Source of the DNA: a virus
DNA length: 64,000 nt
Direction: 5' to 3' (one strand)
Virus record (IMG/VR): IMGVR_UViG_3300027708_000024
Shown here: piece by piece, positions 35,062-44,969 of the stretch
Layout: each line of letters starts with the position of its first letter
Position numbering within the stretch: position 1 is the first letter of the stretch
The notes under the pieces: model-generated
The model's database searches: none
The model's input: the letters and a program-made list of their open reading frames with translations, nothing else
Told to the model about the DNA's origin: nothing
Program-made: the position numbers and the translations under genes

Positions 35062-35903
35062 TTATTGGTGCATTTAAAAACTACTCATACAACACAATTA
35101 AACCTTGGGTAGAATCAATACGTGAATGTGGATTTGAAGGTGACAAAGTAATCGTATCTATTGGTTCTAGTGAATCAACAAATCAAAAACTAGCAGACGA
35201 AGGATTTCATGTATTATCTGGTGAATCACAATCAGGTTCAATGTTTCATATGGAACGATTCATTCACATCTATCAATTTCTAAAACAAAACGCACTAAAT
35301 TATAGATATGTAATCACAACCGATGTTCGTGATGTTATCTTTCAAACGAATCCAATTCCTTATGTAGAGACCATTCTTGATCAAAATCCTCTCACAAAAT
35401 TGATTGCTGTATCTGAAGGCATCAAGATCAAAGATGAATCATGGAACAGAGAAAACATAATCAAGTCTTTTGGTCCTTATTTCTATGATGATATAAAAGA
35501 ATCAGAAGTTTTAAATGTAGGTACACTAGTAGGAACAGCAAATCACATTAGAGACTTGTGTGGTATTATTTTTCAGTTGTCGATGAATCGTGCCGATTGG
35601 GTTGCAGATCAGGCAGCATATAATATTCTGATGAATTGGATTCCATACAACATGATTACTCATATTTCAAAATTGAGTGAAGGTTTTGCATGTAATCTAC
35701 ATGTGACAAATAAACCAGATCAACTACAAGAATTTGGTCCGTATCTGTTAGAAGAACGTCCTATCTTTGAAGATGGTCTAGTTAAAGATGGAAAGAACAA
35801 ACAACCATTTGCTATTGTTCATCAATACGATAGAGTTCCAGAAATGTTGGATTTCTACAAGAAGAAATACCAACAAGATGAGTATATCACCATCAATACC
35901 TGA
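35043..35903 (+). CDS. Glycosyltransferase-like (GT-A)
   Basis: TDVRDVIFQ, DQAAYN, VHQYDR. Confidence 0.7.
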   Translation: MAKKDLIIGAFKNYSYNTIKPWVESIRECGFEGDKVIVSIGSSESTNQKLADEGFHVLSGESQSGSMFHMERFIHIYQFLKQNALNYRYVITTDVRDVIFQTNPIPYVETILDQNPLTKLIAVSEGIKIKDESWNRENIIKSFGPYFYDDIKESEVLNVGTLVGTANHIRDLCGIIFQLSMNRADWVADQAAYNILMNWIPYNMITHISKLSEGFACNLHVTNKPDQLQEFGPYLLEERPIFEDGLVKDGKNKQPFAIVHQYDRVPEMLDFYKKKYQQDEYITINT

Positions 35904-35909
35904 TAGTGT

Positions 35910-35917
35910 TATAAATA
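35910..35917 (+). promoter_or_regulatory. T4-type late promoter TATAAATA in glycan island
   Basis: Exact consensus in intergenic gap. Confidence 0.7.
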
Positions 35918-35961
35918 CATAAACCAAAGAAGTATAAAAAACTAAATATGCGAGGTGTGAA

Positions 35962-36819
35962 TTGAGTGATATTACCATTGTTACAGCATTCTTTGATATA
36001 GGTCGAGGTGATTGGACTCCAGACAAAGGTCTACCTCATTATCTCGAACGTTCCGTCGATACATATATTGACCGATTCTCTCATCTAGCACAACTTGATA
36101 ATGAGATGGTTATCTTCACAACAGAAGATTTGATTCCAAAAATAAAACAGCACCGAGACAAACAAAAACAAAAAACAAGTTATGTTACCTATGATCCTAG
36201 AGTTCGTATGGTCGATGTTCGTGATAAAATTATCAAAGTTCAAAGTGATCCAGAATTTCAAAAGAAGGTACTAATAAGTCAAAGTAAAAATCCAGAGTAT
36301 TGGAATCCAGACTACGTTCTAGTTACAAACCTGAAAGCATATTTTGTAAATGCATCAATCAAAAATGGAACAGGTTTAGTGTCCAATGATATGGTTGCAT
36401 GGGTTGACTTTGGTTATTGTAGAGACTCTAGCAAAATACCATCAAGTAAAAAATGGGAATATGATTTTGATCCAAACAAAATTCATATGTTCAATTATAA
36501 ACCATATGATGGTAAACCTATTGAAGATGTTGTTGCAGAAAATGATGTCTATATTCTTGGTGCGAAAGTTGTAGCACATAAAGATAAGTGGGCAGATATG
36601 GAACGATTGATGTGGACAAGTTTCAATGAGTTTCAAAAGAAAAACATTGTTGATGATGATCAGGGTCTATGGTTGAACTCATACATACTTGAACCAGATT
36701 TGTTTGAATTACATATGATTCCCGATCATCAAAAAGGTCACGACCCATTTGTTTTATTTAACAAATTCAACTCAACAGTACCACCCGAAGATGATTTAAT
36801 TAGAATTAGCACACTATGA
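35962..36819 (+). CDS. HtrL/YibB-family protein
   Basis: ITIVTAFFDIGRG, NPEYW, AWVDFG, DDDQ. Confidence 0.75.
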   Translation: MSDITIVTAFFDIGRGDWTPDKGLPHYLERSVDTYIDRFSHLAQLDNEMVIFTTEDLIPKIKQHRDKQKQKTSYVTYDPRVRMVDVRDKIIKVQSDPEFQKKVLISQSKNPEYWNPDYVLVTNLKAYFVNASIKNGTGLVSNDMVAWVDFGYCRDSSKIPSSKKWEYDFDPNKIHMFNYKPYDGKPIEDVVAENDVYILGAKVVAHKDKWADMERLMWTSFNEFQKKNIVDDDQGLWLNSYILEPDLFELHMIPDHQKGHDPFVLFNKFNSTVPPEDDLIRISTL

Positions 36820-38186
36820 ATAAATTAGTTATATTTGACCTTGATGGTGTATTGATTGATTCCCGTGAACTGCATTATGATGCACTCAACGATGCATTAC
36901 GCAAAGTGGATGAAAAATACGTTATTTCCCGTGAAGAACATCTTTCCGTATTTGATGGTTTAAACACAACCAAGAAATTAGAATTGCTCAGTGAACGTAA
37001 AGGTTTACCTAGAGAATACTATAATCAAATATGGCAAGACAAACAGAAAGCAACGTTTCATTTGATTCCTGATGCACCAAAGAACGTATCTGCACAGTAT
37101 ATAATGCAGCAACTAAAAATGCGTGGATGGAAAGTTGCAGTTGCATCAAATAGTATTCGTGAAACAGTTAGAATTTCTTTACACTCAATGGGTGTTTTAA
37201 ATTTGGTAGACTACATTGTCAGTAATGAAGATGTATTTTTTCCAAAACCATTTCCTGAGATGTATTGGAAATGTATGACTGCAATGAAAGCATTGCCTAA
37301 AGACACCATTATAATTGAAGATAGTCATATCGGTCGTGAAGGTGCAACAAACTCTGGTGCTCATTTATATCCAGTCAAAGATGCATATGAATTAAATGGT
37401 AATAAATTTCTTGATATGATTGATGAGTTTACGAAAGAAGAAACAAAGAAAAACATACCATGGAGAAATAAAAAAATGAATGTTGTTATTCCAATGGCTG
37501 GTGCTGGTAGTAGATTTGCTGCCGCAGGTTATACTTTCCCAAAACCTTTGATTGAAGTCAATGGTAAACCAATGATTCAAGTTGTTGTTGAGAATTTGAA
37601 TGTTGATGCACATTTCATCTACCTTGTGCAAAAAGAACACTATGAGAAATACAATCTCAAGCAACTATTGAACTTAATTACTCCTGGTTGTGACATTGTA
37701 CAGATTGATGGATTGACTGAAGGTGCAGCATGTACAACACTACTCGCAAAAGAGTTGATTAATAACGATGAACCATTGTTAATGGCAAACTCAGACCAGT
37801 TTGTTGAGTGGAATTCAAATGAATGTCTCTATGCATTTACTGCCGATAGTGTAGATGGTGGTATCGTAACGTTTGAGGCAACTCATCCTAAGTGGTCTTT
37901 TGCAAAACTAGGAGATGATGGTTTTGTATCTGAAGTTGCAGAAAAGAATCCAATTTCAAATATTGCTACCGTAGGTATCTATTATTGGAAACATGGTTCT
38001 GATTATGTAAAGTATGCTGAACAAATGATTGACAAAAACATTCGTACTAATAATGAATTCTATGTATGCCCAGTATTCAATGAAGCAATTGCAGACGGTA
38101 AGAAAATCCGTGCAAAGAATATTGCTAAGATGTGGGGCATAGGCACACCAGAAGATTTGAATTACTTCTTGGAGCACTATAAATGA
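36816..38186 (+). CDS. HAD phosphatase fused to sugar nucleotidyltransferase
   Basis: FDLDGV, KP.P, IEDS; IPMAGAGSRF...PKPLI, GTPEDL. Confidence 0.88.
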   Translation: MNKLVIFDLDGVLIDSRELHYDALNDALRKVDEKYVISREEHLSVFDGLNTTKKLELLSERKGLPREYYNQIWQDKQKATFHLIPDAPKNVSAQYIMQQLKMRGWKVAVASNSIRETVRISLHSMGVLNLVDYIVSNEDVFFPKPFPEMYWKCMTAMKALPKDTIIIEDSHIGREGATNSGAHLYPVKDAYELNGNKFLDMIDEFTKEETKKNIPWRNKKMNVVIPMAGAGSRFAAAGYTFPKPLIEVNGKPMIQVVVENLNVDAHFIYLVQKEHYEKYNLKQLLNLITPGCDIVQIDGLTEGAACTTLLAKELINNDEPLLMANSDQFVEWNSNECLYAFTADSVDGGIVTFEATHPKWSFAKLGDDGFVSEVAEKNPISNIATVGIYYWKHGSDYVKYAEQMIDKNIRTNNEFYVCPVFNEAIADGKKIRAKNIAKMWGIGTPEDLNYFLEHYK

Positions 38187-39139
38187 ACAAAGACTATTCT
38201 GATTATAATGTGCAAAAAGATATATTATTAGAATATTTGCAAGTAGTAATTATAAATCAAGATTGGCATACCCTAAAAAAATTATCTACTATTATAATAG
38301 ATTTAGAAAAAAGTATCAATAATCAGGCTTGTTTTCTTGTACCAGTGCATCGAGATAAATTTGGGTATGCCACAGGATTAGTAGACAGTTATAATAAATT
38401 GTATGATCAAGATAATATCTATTTAATATTTGGTGATCAATTAGAAGAAACAGATTTCAAAAATTCCAATCCTACATTGAAATATAGAAGTCTGGTATAT
38501 TCAGGTAAAGAAACTTCTGGTATTATAACAAGAAAAAAATTTGAAGGATTGATTCAAATATATGAAAGCACTGATTATATCAATGTTGCTGTTATAGACT
38601 GCGATAGTATTTTTACAAAAAAATTAAATTATGTTGAACTATTCGATTCATATTTGAAAAAAAATATATTGTATGGAAACATAACAAATACCTCTCAAAA
38701 TATTGTTCAATCACCATATAAGTTTTTTGCGGGTGAAGATTACCACAAAATAAAAGATATTACAAGAGACGGTAAAATTTATTATTTTTTTACTGATATA
38801 CCTGTTTATCATAAAAAACATTTTAATAATTTTATTAAACATATAAAATTTGACGAAGATGACACGGATAAATTTGCTTGGGCAGATTTTGATTGGATAA
38901 TTTATACTTATTATTTGCTTATTAATGATATTATGAAATTAAAAGTTGTTCGTGATCTCAATGGTGAAGAGCTCGTATGTGATACGGCATGGGGTGAACA
39001 TTGTAATACTATTGATAAGGATACTTGGATTAATTTATTAAAACAAACTAATCCAATGTGGCTTACAAAATTAATAGAAGAAGAACATATGGAAAATGTG
39101 TTTATTAAACTCCATATGGATAGACCCAATATGAATTAA
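38183..39139 (+). CDS. Glycosyltransferase-like protein with small N-terminal domain
   Basis: VIDCDS (DxD); N-terminus resembles 60250 ORF. Confidence 0.5.
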   Translation: MNKDYSDYNVQKDILLEYLQVVIINQDWHTLKKLSTIIIDLEKSINNQACFLVPVHRDKFGYATGLVDSYNKLYDQDNIYLIFGDQLEETDFKNSNPTLKYRSLVYSGKETSGIITRKKFEGLIQIYESTDYINVAVIDCDSIFTKKLNYVELFDSYLKKNILYGNITNTSQNIVQSPYKFFAGEDYHKIKDITRDGKIYYFFTDIPVYHKKHFNNFIKHIKFDEDDTDKFAWADFDWIIYTYYLLINDIMKLKVVRDLNGEELVCDTAWGEHCNTIDKDTWINLLKQTNPMWLTKLIEEEHMENVFIKLHMDRPNMN

Positions 39140-39154
39140 TTAGGATGATATAGA

Positions 39155-39745
39155 ATGAAAACACTTATAGAAGTTGGCGCCAATACTGGTAGTGATACTC
39201 AAAAATTTATTAATGAAGAATATCAAGTTTATGCGTTTGAGCCTGTTCCTGATTTAATTAAAACTTTAACTTCTAAATTTAAAGATAGAGAAAATTTTAA
39301 TTTGATTCCCATGGCAGTTGATTTGACAAACGGATTCAAATGGTTTAATATTGCAAATGATGTTGGGTGTTCATCATTATATAATTTTACAGAAGATATC
39401 TATAAATTATGGCAAGGTAGAAATGGTCATTTTGAATATAATGACAAATTCAAAGCCATGACAATACGATTAGATACATTCATGGATTTGTATAATATTG
39501 ACTCGGTTGATTATCTATGGATTGATGCACAAGGTAATGACTTCAATGTATTAAAAAGTTTAGGTGATAAACTGAGTCATATCAAAGAAGGAAAGTGTGA
39601 AGGTTCATATTCAGTAGACTTATACCAAAATACAAATAACAATGTTGTTGATATTGCCAATTGGTTACAGGTACGTGGTTTTTCTTGTGACATTAAACCA
39701 GATGCAGTTGGTAAAGAAGCAGATGTACATTTCAAAAGGATTTGA
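39155..39745 (+). CDS. FkbM-family methyltransferase
   Basis: EVGANTG, AFEP, LD, IDAQG.D. Confidence 0.85.
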   Translation: MKTLIEVGANTGSDTQKFINEEYQVYAFEPVPDLIKTLTSKFKDRENFNLIPMAVDLTNGFKWFNIANDVGCSSLYNFTEDIYKLWQGRNGHFEYNDKFKAMTIRLDTFMDLYNIDSVDYLWIDAQGNDFNVLKSLGDKLSHIKEGKCEGSYSVDLYQNTNNNVVDIANWLQVRGFSCDIKPDAVGKEADVHFKRI

Positions 39746-39747
39746 TT

Positions 39748-40461
39748 ATGAGAGTTGCAGTAGTATTGACAGGGCATATGAGATGTTGGGATCAAGTTGC
39801 GCCAAACTTCCAAGAAAGAATATTAAAAAGATTTAATCCTGATGTATTCATTCATACATGGAAAGATCAAGCATATTGGGATCCTCATAGCAAAGCAGGA
39901 TTCGTAGAAGGTACACCAGAAATTGATGCTCAAAGTGTTGCCAATGCATTCAATGCTAGAGTCATGAGTGTTGAGAACTTTGAAGATTTTAAAGATAATT
40001 TTCAAGAAAGAGCATCCGAGTATCCTAACTTCTATCATGTACCAAAAAATATCATATCCATGCTTTATAAGATGGGTCAAGGTATTTTGATGCTAGAAGA
40101 TTATATGCTAAAGACTGGCAATACCTATGACCTAGTAATGCGATTGCGACCAGACATGATCTACAATCAAGAACTACCAGATTTTGATCCAACTAAATTC
40201 TATACGTTAAGTCATAGAAACCATACTGGTACTGGTACTGGAGACATGATGCAAATTGGCAATCCTTATTTTGTCACAAATTTCTGTAAGTTATTAAATT
40301 ATTTACCATTTATTTACAAAGAGACTGACTTATTATGTCCTCATGTAATATCAGAACATTTCATTAGAAAACTAGGATTACCTTGGCAGGAGTTTCAGAT
40401 AAGTAAAACAATTATGCATACTCCAAAAGGAGAATATAAACCAAAAGAGACATACCAATGA
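39748..40461 (+). CDS. Glycosyltransferase-like hypothetical
   Basis: VAVVLTGHMR, DVFIHTW, YDLVMRLRPD. Confidence 0.55.
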   Translation: MRVAVVLTGHMRCWDQVAPNFQERILKRFNPDVFIHTWKDQAYWDPHSKAGFVEGTPEIDAQSVANAFNARVMSVENFEDFKDNFQERASEYPNFYHVPKNIISMLYKMGQGILMLEDYMLKTGNTYDLVMRLRPDMIYNQELPDFDPTKFYTLSHRNHTGTGTGDMMQIGNPYFVTNFCKLLNYLPFIYKETDLLCPHVISEHFIRKLGLPWQEFQISKTIMHTPKGEYKPKETYQ

Positions 40462-40901
40462 TCTACATTGCCCACCGAGGTCTAATTGATGGACCTGATG
40501 AAGATTTAGAGAATACACCAGAGAACATTATGGAAACTCTAAACAAAGGATTCCATGCAGAAATTGATGTTAGATATATCAATGGGTCTTGGTATTTGGG
40601 TCATGATGATGCCCAATACAAGGTAACTGACAAATTCTTGTCTCACCCTAATCTTTGGATTCATTGTAAGAATTTAGACGCATTATTACACATTCCAACT
40701 ATTAGTCCTTTGGTCAAATATTTCTGGCATCAAGAGGACGATTTCACTTTAACTTCAAATGGTTACATCTGGACCTATCCTGGAAAAGAACTAACCAATA
40801 GAAGCATTTGTGTTTTACCGGAAAGACAATTTCCTGGATTGTCTGACTTTCAAGCAGATTGCTATGGAGTTTGCAGCAAATATGTAAACTTGATGAAATA
40901 A
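40458..40901 (+). CDS. GDPD/PLC-like phosphodiesterase
   Basis: IAHRG, EN, EIDV, LGHD, WIHCKN. Confidence 0.75.
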   Translation: MIYIAHRGLIDGPDEDLENTPENIMETLNKGFHAEIDVRYINGSWYLGHDDAQYKVTDKFLSHPNLWIHCKNLDALLHIPTISPLVKYFWHQEDDFTLTSNGYIWTYPGKELTNRSICVLPERQFPGLSDFQADCYGVCSKYVNLMK

Positions 40902-40973
40902 AAATACTAAATAGTGATATCGACAACCGCAGAGTGTTGTTTTCCATATGTTGTTTTCCATAATAAAATCAAT

Positions 40974-42155
40974 ATGCTATCATTTAGAACGTTTTTAAGA
41001 GAACAGGAAGAAGAGCCTCGTCAAATTAAACATCTGACGCATGTAGAGGATCGTCCTTTGCAAAATGGCGCAAAAGGTGCAGAACATGCCATTTCTTCTT
41101 TGAGTGCAGCAGCACATCATATTAAGCAAGGAAAACAAAGTTCGGAGTTGACCACAAAGTATGATGGTTCTCCTGCTCTAGTCTATGGTCATCATCCAAC
41201 GACTAAGAAATTTTTTGTTGCATCAAAGTCTGCATTCAATAAAACACCAAAGATTAACTATAGCAATTCTGATATTGAGAAGAATCATGGTCATGCTCCA
41301 GGATTGGCAAGTAAATTAAAAGACGCACTAAAACATTTACCTAAGATTGCACCTAAAAAAGGTGTCTATCAAGGCGATATGATGTTCTCGCATGATGATG
41401 TTAAGCACGATAAACACGGATCACACTTTCATCCCAATCCTTCTGGATTGACATATACAGCAACAGGTGAGAATGCCAAAAAAGTAAAAAAAGCAAAAAT
41501 TGGTCTAGTAACTCATCTTCAATATCACGGTAAAGATCCTGCAAGTTTATCTGCCCATCATGAAGTAGATAGTGAAAACTTTAAACATCATCCAGATGTA
41601 TTTACTGTCGATCCTAGACATGATACGTCAAAAGTTCATTTCTCTAAGGCTGCACAGTCACAATTTAATAAACATATTGCTGCTGCTAAGAAAATACATG
41701 ACGAACATGGTGATGATATGTACCCTGCTACGAAAATGCATCATGGTGCGGGTGGACATTTAGAGACATATATAAATCATACTGTTAGAACTGGTGAGAA
41801 ACCAAACCATGAAAATTTTAAGAAATTCATGGAAAAACAATACCAGAAAAAAATAGACAGCGTAAAGACTGACAAGAAAAAAGAAGAATATAAGACTGAC
41901 TCGATTAAACATTTATTTCATATTGAGAAAAATAAATCTCATTATAATAATTTGTTCAAGATGCATGGTCATTTACAAGCAGCAAAGCATACATTGATTA
42001 ATACACTAAACCATCATCAAGATTTTGAACATACACATCATGGCGAAGCAGCGAACCCAGAAGGTTACGTTTTTCATCATAATGGAGAATCAGATAAGTT
42101 AGTTAATAGATCCGAATTTAGCAGAAGAAACTTTGCAGGAATGCGTAACTTTTAA
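40974..42155 (+). CDS. His-rich ligase-like nucleotidyltransferase with capsid-targeting-like N-terminus
   Basis: MLSFRTFLRE; TKYDG motif I, QGD, EGYV, KLV. Confidence 0.6.
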   Translation: MLSFRTFLREQEEEPRQIKHLTHVEDRPLQNGAKGAEHAISSLSAAAHHIKQGKQSSELTTKYDGSPALVYGHHPTTKKFFVASKSAFNKTPKINYSNSDIEKNHGHAPGLASKLKDALKHLPKIAPKKGVYQGDMMFSHDDVKHDKHGSHFHPNPSGLTYTATGENAKKVKKAKIGLVTHLQYHGKDPASLSAHHEVDSENFKHHPDVFTVDPRHDTSKVHFSKAAQSQFNKHIAAAKKIHDEHGDDMYPATKMHHGAGGHLETYINHTVRTGEKPNHENFKKFMEKQYQKKIDSVKTDKKKEEYKTDSIKHLFHIEKNKSHYNNLFKMHGHLQAAKHTLINTLNHHQDFEHTHHGEAANPEGYVFHHNGESDKLVNRSEFSRRNFAGMRNF

Positions 42156-44108
42156 ATGAAAAAATTTCTAGAAAAAATAGAAGAACAAACCAAAACACAC
42201 AATCCTGTGGTGATGGCGTTTGGTCGCATGAATCCTCCAACTGTTGGACATGAGAAGTTAGTAAACAAGGTTAAAGAGATTGCTGCGGATTATCATGCAC
42301 CACATCATGTGATTCTTTCACATTCGGTAAATGCCAAAAAAGATCCATTGGATACTAAGACTAAAGTTAAACACGCAAAGCGTTTCTTTCCAAATACGAA
42401 CATAGAATCATCATCTAAAGAACATCCAACATTCTTACATCATGCTGCAAAATTGCATCAAGCAGGACACGACCATCTAATTATGGTTGCTGGTTCGGAT
42501 CGTGTTGATGAGTATAAGAAAAAACTACATCAATATAATGGTACAGGTGAAGGTAAACTATACAACTTTAAAAAGATCGAAGTTAAATCAGCAGGACAAC
42601 GTGATCCTGATTCTGAAGGCGTAGAAGGCATGTCTGCATCTAAGATGCGTGAACATGCAAAGAACAATGATCTGCATTCATTCAAACAAGGTGTGCCGCA
42701 TCATGTACCAGAAAAGCATGTAAAAGAATTGATGAAAGATGTTCGTAAAGGCATGGGTATTCATGAGAATTACCAGCATGGAATGTATAAAGCATTATTC
42801 ATTACTGGTGGTCCAGGTAGTGGTAAAGACACCGTAATTCGTGAAGCAGTTGCCGAAAAGGTAGTTGAAATCAATACCATTCAAGCATATGAATTTTTAA
42901 TGGATAAACAAAAACTTGCAGAACAAACTAAAGATGAAAGACGCAATGCGATTAAAAAACGTTTGCCATTAATCATCAATGGTTCTGCAAATGATATCGA
43001 ACGAATCGTTACAATCAAAGAAGAATTAGAAGATTTTGGTTATGAGACCATGATGATTTTTGTTGATACTTCAGACAAAATAAGTGCTGATAGAAATCAA
43101 AAATTAAAGAGAATGATGGTCGAAGATGTTCGTCATGAAAAATGGTTAAATGCACAAAAGAATGCTCAACAATTTGAAAAATTATTTAATGAATTTGTTG
43201 TGTTCGATAATACAATAAATCTTGATTCAGCAGATATATTCAATGTTGCAAATAATGAAAATGATATCACTGATTTACTAGAAAATACTAAATATTTTTT
43301 TAGTAAAAAATCTGATTTACTTGAAAATGATATTGATAAGAAATTTCAAAATATTTTTGAATTTTCAACTTCAGAAAATCAAAGACAGACTTTGAGAAAC
43401 CTTATCAGAAATCGTCAAGAAATGAAGCGCCGTGATGCAGAAAAGCATGACCTATCTGTTGATAAACTAAGACAAGCACTCAGAGGAGAAGAAAAAGATG
43501 TTGAGCAAACTACTAAACCTATTCAGAAGCAAGCCGGAGCAGCCAAAGACATTACCTATCGAACCGACACTGGAAAGTGTAAACACGGAAAATTCCTCGT
43601 CGATAACAACTGCCCAACCTGTCAACTCGCAAGGATCTCGGCGCAAAAAGATGAAGTCCGATACGGAGACGTCCCAAGTAACTCAGGCTATACCTTCAGA
43701 ACCTACCACGAAGAAGCCAAGAGCAAAGAGCCAACCCTCAAAACGTTCCCCGAGCCAAAAGAGCCAAACTTCCAGCAAGACAAAGAAAAAGTAAAGAAAA
43801 GAAAAGCAGGAAGTCAGGATGTCAATAAGGTTATGAAGGTACCAGGTCTTGGTCCAGAGTTCAGCACCAGAGGTTCCGGTACTGTTTATCCAATGAGTGG
43901 TTTAGGTAATGTGACTTATGGTGAAGAAACAAAAGTTAAAACTTTTAGTCAGTTTAGAAAACAAAAAACAGAAGCAATTGATGATCCTGGTGTGAATGAT
44001 ATGGGTGTGAGTGGTGGTGAGTATGGTGCCACAAACAAAGAACCTATGCAGTCATATAAAGATGATGACCGAAAAATTAGTTTAGAGACAAAGAAGAAAA
44101 AGAAATGA
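42156..44108 (+). CDS. HxGH-type nucleotidyltransferase fused to P-loop kinase and long tail
   Basis: FGRMNPPTVGH, AGSDR, MSASKMR; GGPGSGKD. Confidence 0.75.
   Translation: MKKFLEKIEEQTKTHNPVVMAFGRMNPPTVGHEKLVNKVKEIAADYHAPHHVILSHSVNAKKDPLDTKTKVKHAKRFFPNTNIESSSKEHPTFLHHAAKLHQAGHDHLIMVAGSDRVDEYKKKLHQYNGTGEGKLYNFKKIEVKSAGQRDPDSEGVEGMSASKMREHAKNNDLHSFKQGVPHHVPEKHVKELMKDVRKGMGIHENYQHGMYKALFITGGPGSGKDTVIREAVAEKVVEINTIQAYEFLMDKQKLAEQTKDERRNAIKKRLPLIINGSANDIERIVTIKEELEDFGYETMMIFVDTSDKISADRNQKLKRMMVEDVRHEKWLNAQKNAQQFEKLFNEFVVFDNTINLDSADIFNVANNENDITDLLENTKYFFSKKSDLLENDIDKKFQNIFEFSTSENQRQTLRNLIRNRQEMKRRDAEKHDLSVDKLRQALRGEEKDVEQTTKPIQKQAGAAKDITYRTDTGKCKHGKFLVDNNCPTCQLARISAQKDEVRYGDVPSNSGYTFRTYHEEAKSKEPTLKTFPEPKEPNFQQDKEKVKKRKAGSQDVNKVMKVPGLGPEFSTRGSGTVYPMSGLGNVTYGEETKVKTFSQFRKQKTEAIDDPGVNDMGVSGGEYGATNKEPMQSYKDDDRKISLETKKKKK
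43498..43794 (+). CDS. Candidate overprinted gene (+1 frame)
   Basis: GAGGAG SD 9 nt upstream; amphipathic MLSKLLNLFRSK and Lys/Ser tail. Confidence 0.45.
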   Translation: MLSKLLNLFRSKPEQPKTLPIEPTLESVNTENSSSITTAQPVNSQGSRRKKMKSDTETSQVTQAIPSEPTTKKPRAKSQPSKRSPSQKSQTSSKTKKK

Positions 44109-44446
44109 AAAGTTTTAAACAATTTGTAAATGAAAGATGTTGGTCTGGATATAAATCTGTTCCTGGTAAGACGCCTTACTCTAAAGGAAGTTGTAAAAAA
44201 GAGGACACAGATATAACAGAAGATTTAAGACAATGGTTTAAACAAAAGTGGGTTCGTGTAGATACTAAAGGTAATATTAAAGGTCATTGCGCTCGTGACC
44301 CAGGTGAAGGTAAACCAAAATGCCTACCACAATCTAAGGCACATAGTTTAGGTAAAGAAGGTCGAGCATCTGCGGCTAAACGTAAACGCAGAGAAGATCC
44401 AAATCCAGAACGTAGAGGAAAACCAATTAACGTTAGGACAAAGTAA
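44105..44446 (+). CDS. Putative head-internal basic protein
   Basis: MKSFKQFVNE N-terminus; basic Cys-containing domains. Confidence 0.6.
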   Translation: MKSFKQFVNERCWSGYKSVPGKTPYSKGSCKKEDTDITEDLRQWFKQKWVRVDTKGNIKGHCARDPGEGKPKCLPQSKAHSLGKEGRASAAKRKRREDPNPERRGKPINVRTK

Positions 44447-44956
44447 ATGAAAACTTTTAAACAATTCATAAACGAACATCTCGAAGAAGAATATTTGGAA
44501 GAGAAGAATAAACCAACAAGTCCTGAAAAGTGGGCAACAGCAAAGGCTGCAGCCAAATCAAAATTTGCGGTTTATCCTTCTGCATATGCTAATGCTTGGG
44601 CTTCAAAGAAATATAAGGCCATGGGTGGTGGATGGAAATCAGTTAGTGAAGAAAATGAGACAGAAGAAGTTGAACTTGATGAAGTTGCTGCATGGCAACG
44701 CAAAGAAGGTAAATCAGAATCTGGTGGTCTGAATCGCAAAGGTATAGAATCATATCGTAGAGCGAATCCAGGTTCTAAATTATCTATGGCAGTAACAACA
44801 AAACCAAGTAAATTAAAACCAGGTTCTAAAGCAGCAAATAGAAGAAAGAGTTTTTGTGCTAGAATGTCAGGAATGAAAAAAAGATTAACTTCTGCTAAGA
44901 CTGCACACGACCCAAATTCAAGAATCAATAAATCCTTAAGAAAATGGAATTGCTAA
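44447..44956 (+). CDS. Putative head-internal basic protein
   Basis: MKTFKQFINE; two basic modules separated by ELDE. Confidence 0.6.
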   Translation: MKTFKQFINEHLEEEYLEEKNKPTSPEKWATAKAAAKSKFAVYPSAYANAWASKKYKAMGGGWKSVSEENETEEVELDEVAAWQRKEGKSESGGLNRKGIESYRRANPGSKLSMAVTTKPSKLKPGSKAANRRKSFCARMSGMKKRLTSAKTAHDPNSRINKSLRKWNC

Positions 44957-44969
44957 AACGGAGAAAAAA

